Part shown: positions 53,883 to 64,000 of the stretch, one piece after another
Position numbering within the stretch: the first letter of the stretch is position 1
Layout: the number at the start of each line of letters is the position of its first letter
Source: Octopus bimaculoides
Taxonomy: Eukaryota
DNA length: 64,000 nt
Assembly (NCBI RefSeq): GCF_001194135.2
Contig: NC_068984.1
Coordinates: 34,451,621-34,515,620 of the forward strand
Direction of reading: 5' to 3'
The notes under the pieces: generated by a model
Database searches by the model: none
The model's input: the letters and a program-made list of their open reading frames with translations, nothing else
Told to the model about the DNA's origin: nothing
Translations under genes and position numbers: made by a program

Positions 53883-55708
53883 CATGCATACATACATACG
53901 TANNNNNNNNNNNNNNNNNNNNNNNNNNNNNNNNNNNNNNNNNNNNNNNNNNNNNNNNNNNNNNNNNNNNNNNNNNNNNNNNNNNNNNNNNNNNNNNNNN
54001 NNNNNNNNNNNNNNNNNNNNNNNNNNNNNNNNNNNNNNNNNNNNNNNNNNNNNNNNNNNNNNNNNNNNNNNNNNNNNNNNNNNNNNNNAAATCATGATCA
54101 GCAGAATAATTTAGATAACTGAGAGGTCGATCTTCTTCGAAAAATGTCTTAATTTTTCACTTATCTCAATATCAGTAAGGTTGCACAGCTCGTAGAATTC
54201 CGCTACTGAAATGGCTAAATAGCTTTCATCATTTAGTTATTTTTTAAATTTTATTCCCAATCCAGGTTTTCCTAACCTCTCATGTGTATTAGGTCAATAA
54301 ACTATAGAATTCATAAATATATAATATCCAGAGCGCAACTAGAAGGCCAAGAAACTGATTGATATAAAGTCACTCACAGATTCACTCCAATCTGTGACCA
54401 AAAGTAGCGTTGTCTCTTCTGTACAACATTACTACTTATTTTATAATCATCTCTGCTCTCCAAAGATAGCAAGGATCACGTTATCCCTTCTCAGGCATCT
54501 TCTACCAGCTCTTCTATCTCTATCTACTATCTCTTCTATCAACGAACATTTTCCAGACTCAAAGCCCCGCATAGACCACCATTCCCAGTCCTTTCTTCCC
54601 ATAACGTTAACTCTATTTCTGCAATTTCTGTTTCCTACATGTGTTGACTTCAAAGATCTAAGAAAATTATAACGACATCACGCTTACATGTCTGGAAGCC
54701 CTATGAGAGCCGTGGGCACACTTCCTTCCACCAAACCAGCATGTGGGAAAAATACATTAATAAGGTCGTGTTTTTTTGCTTAGGCGAAGGTTGGATCTCA
54801 TCTATTAGTCATATGAGGGAAGTTATTCCAGCAGTGACCACAGTGTACATTCCAATGCACAGTGCATTCCAAATCACATTACCAAAGCAATCTTCATTTT
54901 TCTTCTAAGTACAACAGGTCTGTCGAGATTCCCTCGCTGGGAATTTAGGAGGCTTCTGTCATAAGGTTCCTATTTCTCGTTTCATTAGAGTTTTGACTTT
55001 GTATCAAGGTAGAAAAATCAATATTTCATAACAATGAAAGTTCTAGAAAATCACAGAAATCGCTGACAACTTATCATTTCATCCCGCTTCATCTGGAGCT
55101 CAATTTTTTTTATTAGCCAGTGTCATTCACTTTTCTATCTACGTAACACACCCCTGCCCGTGGAACATAGATATGTTCTCTCCCCCCTCTGTCCAGTCTA
55201 CCACCATTACAGTAATTCTGCATTTCGATTCACTCGCTTCTTTTTCATTGTCACTAAGTTTCATATTAACCACTGTGGCAAAGCCTTTCATTGCATAACA
55301 TCAAGAAGTAGATTAACTGGTCTCAGCTGTTCTTTGCCTTAGTTTTTTTCCACCAAATTAACATTCATATCTTAGAGTAATTATATGTGCTACAAACCCA
55401 TGCCGCTTAATACGGGCAGAATAATTCAACAAAGATGTATTGCTACATGCGAAAATAAATTTCATGTACGATCAGTTTCTTCCCGCCGTACACTAATTTT
55501 CTCCATAATACATGCTCAGACTTAAAGGAAATTGCGTAATAAATTTAATTCAATGTAGCTTTAATATTTAGTCATCCAACAATGACTTAATTATTCTTAC
55601 TTTTAGATCATTTAGAACATTTTCGACACAACATTTTCAACTAACTCACAAACACACACAGACACATACACGCGCGCGCGCGCACACACACACGCACGCA
55701 CACACACT

Positions 55709-55744
<36 letters not shown>

Positions 55745-56083
55745 TACACACACACGCACACACACACACAAATAGATAAGAGACAAATTATCTGTAAAAA
55801 TATCATACCTCATGGATTTCGGAAATGACATGAAAGCGATAAATAAGCATTCAAAGTTCTAACAACGCACATTCGCACAAATACGCACACACACACGCAC
55901 ATACGCATACACACTCACACAAACACAAACACACACGCAAATATGTATGCGGGCAGTGGTGGATGTAGCTAACCGAAAATATATCTTAGGCACTCTTGCT
56001 CGTCCCTCCTAAAAGGTGCTGTATCTGACCTTCGTCACTTTATCATTTTGTGTGTGGAAGTCCCAAAGAGACAAGACGTCGTC

Positions 56084-56173
<90 letters not shown>

Positions 56174-56174
56174 N
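56084..56174. repeat. (TTA)n microsatellite running into a gap
   Basis: Directly visible. Confidence 0.95.
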
Positions 56175-56213
56175 NNNNNNNNNNNNNNNNNNNNNNNNNN
56201 NNNNNNNNNNNNN

Positions 56214-56365
56214 GGTCTGAGTTCATATCCAGTCAAGTTCGTCTTATCTCTTCTTCATTTCAGTGTCAATGAACTAAGTACTAGTAGAGCACTGGGATCG
56301 ATGTAATCGACAAGCCTCGTTTCCCCAATTTTCAGGCCGAGTGCCTATGGCAGAAAGAATTATCA
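56214..56365 (+). mobile_element. Decayed SINE 3' portion (first-family related)
   Basis: tctgagttcatatcc...aactaagtactagtagagcactgggatcgatgtaatcgac aligns to 25086-25181. Confidence 0.6.
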
Positions 56366-57026
56366 TTATTCGTATTATTTTATTAATATTCGTGAATTAA
56401 GAAATATTTGCTTTCTGAAAAAAAAACAAAAAAAACGGTAGGGAGAACTATCTATATATTGAAGAACATAGGTAGGTAATTTGGAAAACAATATTCAGTA
56501 GAAAACAATCGTTGTTTGTGCTGAAAGTGTACTATCACATATTCAACGTCATCGAGTTCATGTTTAATAAAATATTGCGTTGTGTTGAACCTTGGATAGC
56601 AATCTTTCATAATAAATATGGTTTAATCGCCATAGTTTATATGTTTGTTATTAAACTTTCTCGAAATTTAAAAGCTCTGAAGTAACTCGGTATGAATCAA
56701 TTTTTCTATGTAGGTAATTTGTATTCACTGTGCTTAGAAAATATAATTTCTCATCGAATAGTTACGTTTCAACATAATTCTCCACAACAAACAATTGCAA
56801 TCCAGACAATTTCTGAGTACAGAGTTGTAATCAATTGCCACAGAATCGTTAGTCAATACGTAGTCTGTTGCTATTCTAGACTTTTGAAGACATATTAAAA
56901 ACGTCTTGCTGAGACTAAATTTACGAAAAGAGCTTAAAGCAAAGAAATTGTAAGACGAAACCATATACTGGTTAGCTAAATATACACAAGCTAAAATACA
57001 AACAAAAGTACATATAATAACACTAT

Positions 57027-57104
<78 letters not shown>

Positions 57105-57404
57105 ATATCAAAGCACACACGTATCAGTGTGTATTTTTATGTATGTGCATATTTATGTTTGGCTGACATTATATGTCTTATAAGTCTGTATGGGTGACTG
57201 TGTTCAAATGTATGTAGACCTGTGATTGTAAATTTTGTAGAGGTTATTATAAATTATTTTGATTCGACCAATATAGCAATATTCACGAAAGTAACATTCA
57301 TTTCAATTATTATTTAGATGTATAGATGAGTCATATATACTAATGAGTTTCGGAAGTATAGACACCTGTGTATGCAGGTATAAATATATCAATCTATCTA
57401 CCTC

Positions 57405-57439
57405 TCCCTCTCTCTGTCTGTCTCTCTCTCTCTCTCTCA

Positions 57440-57522
<83 letters not shown>
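57405..57522. repeat. (TC)n microsatellite
   Basis: Directly visible. Confidence 0.95.
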
Positions 57523-57524
<2 letters not shown>

Positions 57525-58267
57525 TATTTTCTCTGTAAAGCATCGCTGGCTTGTTAGATCGGTTTCTAGTTTCTTTAAGTTTTATGATCACAATTTCTCA
57601 CAAAAATCTTGTTAGCTGAGAAAAATCATTCTCAACAAGAGCAACATGGATTTCCTGCTCGTTCAATTCAGGACTCATCGAATTAGTAAATTTCACATCA
57701 TTGTACATGAAAACAGATGTAATTGCTCATAGTTACAAACTAACTGGCTGTGACTCTGGGACTGTTATCCCTCCTAGACGTCTATATCGTTGTTATAGTG
57801 TGCAGGTGGCCAAAAATATGAATTATTCTCGCTTTTAATTGAATGTTACTTCCTTCAGTCTCATTGTATTTGGCATTAAGCTTGTGATATATGTTTCTTG
57901 CTTCATCCACGTCCTTACTTGCCTGATAAATGATATATTTGTATCATCAGTAATACTTGTGAGAATGTGTGTTCGTATAACTTGGACATGCCTGACAGGA
58001 ACATTCCAAATATCAACTGTCTCTAAATCGCCACATGTGGGCCACCGCTCAAATGCGCTATTTCCTATAAGTTAGTATCGGCATTGATGTCACGCTGCAC
58101 CCTGGGCAAGATGATCTTGGCCAGCCATAAACAGCTGGAGGAGTATCTGACAAGGTATTTATTGTTTAAAATTATACAAGTCTGTTAAATTATTATTATG
58201 GAATCTTTTCTCAAGTCAAAATATGTACATATATACTTAAACACACAAACACACACATACATATCTG

Positions 58268-58572
58268 AAGATGTATTGGTCAGTGGTTAGGGATTTCCGT
58301 CTCATGATTATAGGGAGGTGATTTCGATTAACGTGGGCGTGTTGTATCCTTGAGCAATACACTTTATAACACAAGGCTCCAGTTCACTCAGCTGGCAAAA
58401 ATGAGTGGCAACTGTAATTCAAAGGGCCAACCATGTCGCATTGTGTATCACGCGGAATGTCCCTGCGAACTATGATAATGGTGCGTTTGCTGTGGAGTGC
58501 TCAGACACTTACACGTTAATTTCACGAGCAGGCTATTCTATTGATCGCATCAAGTCGAACAGTCGTAACCGC
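58268..58572 (+). mobile_element. Old tRNA-SINE sharing the third-family head and 3' module but with a different middle
   Basis: Head ggtcagtggttaggg...tttcgatt; 3' module ctgtaattcaaagggccaacc...gtggagtgctcagacacttacacgttaatttcacgagcaggct...gtcgtaaccg as in 9565-9740. Confidence 0.7.
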
Positions 58573-59259
58573 ATATATATTTATTTAGCTATGCATATAA
58601 GTTTGTTGATATGCAAATAGATGTATATATATCTGTACAGCAAGAAGTGTACAGTAGTAGTCAGAATAATTCAGCGACACTAATTCATATACATTCAAAT
58701 TGTTACAGTCGTTCGCACATATCCATACACGTATTCTTCCCCAAATTTCTCATGATATGTGATAAAGAAATATTGTTTATCATTGGATGTAGGAAAATAT
58801 ATTAAATGAAATTCTATGAAAAATTACGAACTGCAAAAATACTGTTGGAATATACATATAAAAGGAATTAGTTAAGAATAAAATCTATGATCACGGTGTA
58901 AAACGTGATAGTGAATTTCGATTATATTCTGAATTTGAGAACACAATGAATAAATTAGATCATCAAACAGAGTGATCAATAAATCATCTTCAACTTGGGT
59001 GAAGAAATCTCCAATCTTGTTTCCCTTACTAATGAAACTTTGTCAAAATGAATATGGTTTCGCATAAATTAATTGTTTTTACTGTTAGTATAGTCTCTTC
59101 CAATTGCAAATCTATGGTAATGTTTATTTATTTTTGTTTTTACGTCTAAATATATCAATATATATATATATATATATATATTTCCCTCTCTATAGATATA
59201 AATATATATGTGCGTGTGTGTGTGTGTGTTAGTGAGTGTGTGTGTGTGTATTTATATAT

Positions 59260-59313
<54 letters not shown>

Positions 59314-59929
59314 GTTTATAGACACACATATATAAATATAAACAAATATACATATATATACACACACACACACACGCACGGACGCACACACACGCACGGA
59401 CGCACGCACACACACACACACACACACACATAAGACCAGCATAATTTTCTGGGGGAATATGTTAATTACATAGGCTGCAGACATTTCTGGAAACATATTT
59501 ATCTTACGTGCGACCAGCCAAAATTAATGAGTAGGTATTTATTATTGTTGTTGTTCAACCACAGGCCAGACTTGATCCAGCATTCGTATTACCAAATATG
59601 TTTCAACTATGATCTTCACTAGTTTATTTATTCTTCAGTATACACTGTTCAATATACCGATTATTTAAGACGTATTCGCTAGGCATGTGGCTGCTATTTC
59701 TAACAAACCAAGTGACCTCGAATGTTGATTCAAAAGCGTTATTACAATTTAGTTAATACTGATAAATTATTATTCTAATCAACATCAATACCCGAGCGTG
59801 ATGGAGGTGGATTTATGCTATATTTTAGATCAGTATTGAAATACAGCAAAGCATAGAGTTATGCAGTCTTTTTACAATTCAGAAACAGATTTACTTTTTC
59901 CTCATTTCTCCATATAAGGTCTAGGCTGT

Positions 59930-60680
59930 TACGCCTAATGTACACACGTGTATTACGCGCTGGTCAGATATTCGACTTCATGCTAGATAACCGAACGCAT
60001 CGAGCAGATATTGTATCATGTTTTGCAAAAAGCTTGGTGATACTCAAACACAAACCAACCAGACAATCCAGTAGACTTTTGGCGAAGAAAACATGGGCAA
60101 AAATTCAGATCGAGGAGTGTTACAACTACTCCAAACATGACTGCATCTCAGTGGAGTGAGGCACTTTCAGGAAGGTCAACCGAGAGTTGTTCTAACGAAT
60201 AGCCGATGGAGAAGTTTCGGCAAATATTCATGGAAGAACGTCGTGTAACAATCTAGTAAAGTTGGAATAAGCACAGAATCAGTGGATTTAATATTAACAG
60301 AGGATTTGTGCATACGGAGGGTGTCGTCCAAAAATTTAATTTTGATAGATTTTGGTCGCACCCCGTAACACAAATTTCATCGTTAAGTATAACACACCAC
60401 TTTTTAGACAGGCTCTATACTCTCCTGATTTCGCACCGTGTGACATGTGACTTTCTCCAAATTGAAAACCACGCTGAAAGGGAAGCGATTTGACTCGGGA
60501 GACGGAATTGTGTGAAAAGCGACGCTGAGGTTCCATAACGTTCCAGAGAAGGCGTTACAAAGATATTACCATCACGGAGAAACTGCTGGGAGAAGTCTGT
60601 GAACAGTCAAAGGGAGTATATTGGGGTTGCTTAAATAAAATTTATAGAATGTATAAAACTTTTGAGCGTACTTTGTATAT
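59930..60680 (+). mobile_element. Internally deleted mariner (DD34D-like) transposase relic
   Basis: From 59987 across frameshifts: TERIEQ-RYCIMFCKKLGDTQTQT...FGEENMG..QIEECYN (mariner HTH), TEDLCIRRVSSK, then LYSPDFAPCD (60415-60444), LKTTLKGKRFDS and WEKSVNSQGEY; a 3' end resembling a mariner TIR, ctttttgagcgtactttgta, before (TA)n. Confidence 0.8.
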
Positions 60681-63600
60681 ATANNNNNNNNNNNNNNNNN
60701 NNNNNNNNNNNNNNNNNNNNNNNNNNNNNNNNNNNNNNNNNNNNNNNNNNNNNNNNNNNNNNNNNNNNNNNNNNNNNNNNNNNNNNNNNNNNNNNNNNNN
60801 NNNNNNNNNNNNNNNNNNNNNNNNNNNNNNNNNNNNNNNNNNNNNNNNNNNNNNNNNNNNNNNNNNNNNNNNNNNNNNNNNNNNNNNNNNNNNNNNNNNN
60901 NNNNNNNNNNNATATATATATATATATATATATACATACATGTATGTATCTCTCTATACATATGTTTGTGTGTGTCTGTAAATGTATGTATATATGTGTA
61001 TATGTGTGTATGTCTACATGGCTACCTTTCTGTATATGGTGTGTGTAAATAGTGATATAATAATAATAACAACAACAACAATAATAATAATAATAATAAA
61101 AATAATAATAATACACTTTGATGCTGTGAAACAGCACCTGGTAATTGCTTACTGTCTGACAAATGAGTAATAGAAACCACAATAAATTTATCAGAATAGT
61201 TTGAGTGCCAAGATCAACAGCTCTTATACCCGCCTGTGTCAATGGTTAAACCGAAGACCAAACGTGTTCTGTTATTGTTAATGGAAATTTAATTAAAATT
61301 TGTTAGCATCTCTAACATCGAAATATCTAGTTGTTATTAAATATTTCACTCTGATGTCTGTGACATGCGCAATACCCCCAACGTTTTCTGTTCATAATGT
61401 CCTCATACAGCATTATATATCTCACATGTTTTAAGTTTCAGCTGCCTTGAATCGAGAAGATCCAGGCTCACAGGGAAGGGCTCGCGGTTTATATCCTAAA
61501 TAGCTAAATCTAAATACATTATCAATATATTTAGATCTACGCACATTGCTCATCGTTATCCATTTTAAGTACGTATTGCTGTGCGATTCTCTTCAGTTGA
61601 ATTCTTAAACAGTTTGTCGGGTTAACGGATTATCTTGTGTGAGGACATGTAGCAATGGGGTAATAACCACCCATGTATTTATTGGAATTACATCAGTGAT
61701 TATCATGCTGTTTTATGATTTATGGTTGCATATGCTGCATAAGTGCTATTATATAACGGACCTTTTCATTCCTGCATTTGGTGTCTATATTTCTTGATTA
61801 AATAAGAAACTTTTTTACAGTGTAGATCACTAGGGTTTTGTTCAAATTAAAGTTATATATCCCTCTCTTAGAGTAGAGCATTTTATGATATATGTCTTCT
61901 CCAGGTCTAACATTTTAGAAATTCCTCTTAACATTCCTCCGTTATGAATCAGGAAATAACTTTAATTGCTGTTGAGTCATAGCATAATTTCTTATCCAAA
62001 GTCTTTGTTATCTAATACATTCTAGCCGTGACCACTGCGATAGTATTTTTTAAGAACAATATATCCAAGACCGCAATGTATAAAATATCCATTTACTTTA
62101 AATTGGTAGTTCATGATTTAAAGGAAAATTTTAGTTACTGCGTCGAGTAGGGTAAGCAACCACTTTGCTCAATTAAACAACATTCTTTTCATCCCTGAGT
62201 CAAATTGACAAAATCCAGTGAAATATACAACTTTCTTTCTTCAGTAGCAGATGCACAATGATATAGAATCGGGCATATGTTGAGTAAATCAAGAACAGTC
62301 TATAACAAATAATTATTAAGCATGTGAATTAAAATATTTTCGCACTAGAAGGTTTAATCTGAAGCGCATTGTCGAACACACCGCTTGTTCTGTAATCTCC
62401 TGTGTAATATTCTGTTCCTAAAATATTACAGATCATGGAAAGACGATTAAAATTCTAACAATTGGGTCATATTACGTTCTCGACAAACCCCTTAGAACCT
62501 CGAATATGCCCAGTGTAGTATTATAGCCTCTTATGAACAATATGCACGCAAACAGTTTAATATGCTCCGAGAACAAATTATTTTTAAACTGCCGTCATTT
62601 GCACAGTTGTTATTGGATACCATTTAGTCTTAAATGCTGCATATTCTATAATAATACAGAAAGTAATATTACGTTTTCTAATATTTTTTAAAGACGAATA
62701 TTTAGAAACATCTTGCCTGAATGCAAAATCGAATGACATGTATCACCAGCATTGCCAAACAACTACCTTAGTGTGAAATAACTCCTGAACAATTGCTCCA
62801 TTACTTCTTGATTTATGCCAGTAGAATTTCACATAAAATTTGATTTTCAAATGAAAGGCTAACCTTCAAGTGGAGAGAGGAACGCGAAAGGTATAACTGC
62901 CGAGAGATTCATAAGAAGCTGTCTTCTTTTATGCATAATCCCACCGTTCGTGGTCCAGCCTGAAGTTATATCGAAATATTTTCTTTCAACTCCAATACTA
63001 AAGATACATTCTCCTGTATTTGACAGGTATCGTAGCAACTCTCAGTATGAATGAATGTAGAAAGAAGTGCTTTGTGATTGGTGTATAGCATTTATATCTG
63101 CAAGTATATTCCTAATCACAGACTTTTGATTCTTTGGTACAATTTCCAGCTCACAGAAGGCAAACAAAAACCTCACAGCATATTTTCCACTGAGTTATAA
63201 TGATTAATCCCTGAGTCAATATTTCACACTGCCGATATCGATTTTAAGTCTCACAGACCTACTAGCGAGATTCTTTACTCTGTTTACACCATATGTTCTG
63301 AATACACAGAACAACAGCACAGAAAGAACACTTGCTGATGACATTAAGAAAAAAGGCGCTGTCGAGAAGTTTCCGTTATGATATATAAATACTATGAAAG
63401 CCATACGAGCCAGTGGTTATTTGATTTTGTGCTCTTCCAAGTCCATTGAACGTTACGAATCATTTTCTGATGGGAGAATAAAAGTTTCAAAGTACTTAAA
63501 AATTCATAACGTACATTACATTTTCTATTTTATCTTTAATACATAAAAACCGATTTATAAATCTCACTGTTTCTACTTTAACAACCAAAACACTCGATTA

Positions 63601-63942
63601 CTCCGACGCTGCATATACGAATGAATGTATTTATATCTAAGGTCAATATATGGAGTATTATAGTATAGTGAGGAGGCGGAAGCTTTATACCGTCGTACAG
63701 AATTCATTAAAATTTCCTCCTTGATGTCCTGAGTTCTAGATCGCGCTTGGTATCCGTAATGTTCGTAGAATATTCATTTACATCAATAATGCACTTGGAA
63801 AAACACATGTGCTTAACGATTCGATTTCCATTAACTCATCTGAAATTCGAAGTAATATTCACAATCTGACGGATTCTTCAAACCACGTTAACTCAAGAAA
63901 ATAACTCATTCTGTCGAATTATACACACGCACGCACGCACGC

Positions 63943-63987
<45 letters not shown>

Positions 63988-64000
63988 CACACACACATAT

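Noticed and set aside
63216-63404. 62-aa hydrophobic minus ORF
   Set aside because: In-frame stop 5 codons upstream, no splice acceptor and no recognisable family.

Overview
AT-rich eukaryotic (animal) non-coding DNA from a short-read-type draft assembly, with about 14 N gaps, most flanked by (TA)n. I recognise no intact host protein-coding exon, rRNA, true tRNA or CRISPR. Nearly all ORFs in the supplied track are read-throughs of N runs or microsatellites, or antisense shadows of decayed transposons. The SINE families look like those of octopod cephalopods (recognition from memory, not a search result). The window is a transposon graveyard: four fragments of R4/Dong-like RLE-type non-LTR retrotransposons (13.3-15.3, 40.2-40.7, 45.8-46.6 kb); two internally deleted Tc1/mariner relics (5.05-5.93, 59.9-60.7 kb); Helitron Rep and helicase relics in opposite orientation (41.9-43.2 kb); Penelope-like relics (RT at 2.3-2.8 kb, terminal repeat at 41.65-41.81 kb); and at least three tRNA-derived SINE families, three copies with target-site duplications. 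The most interesting hand-derived items are a foldable minimal type I hammerhead ribozyme relic (41754-41803, minus strand), a fold-back SINE (21.05-21.27 kb), the permuted order of R4-like pieces around a (TAA)n tail, and the inverted Helitron pair. I found no convincing evidence of a new multi-gene biological system.
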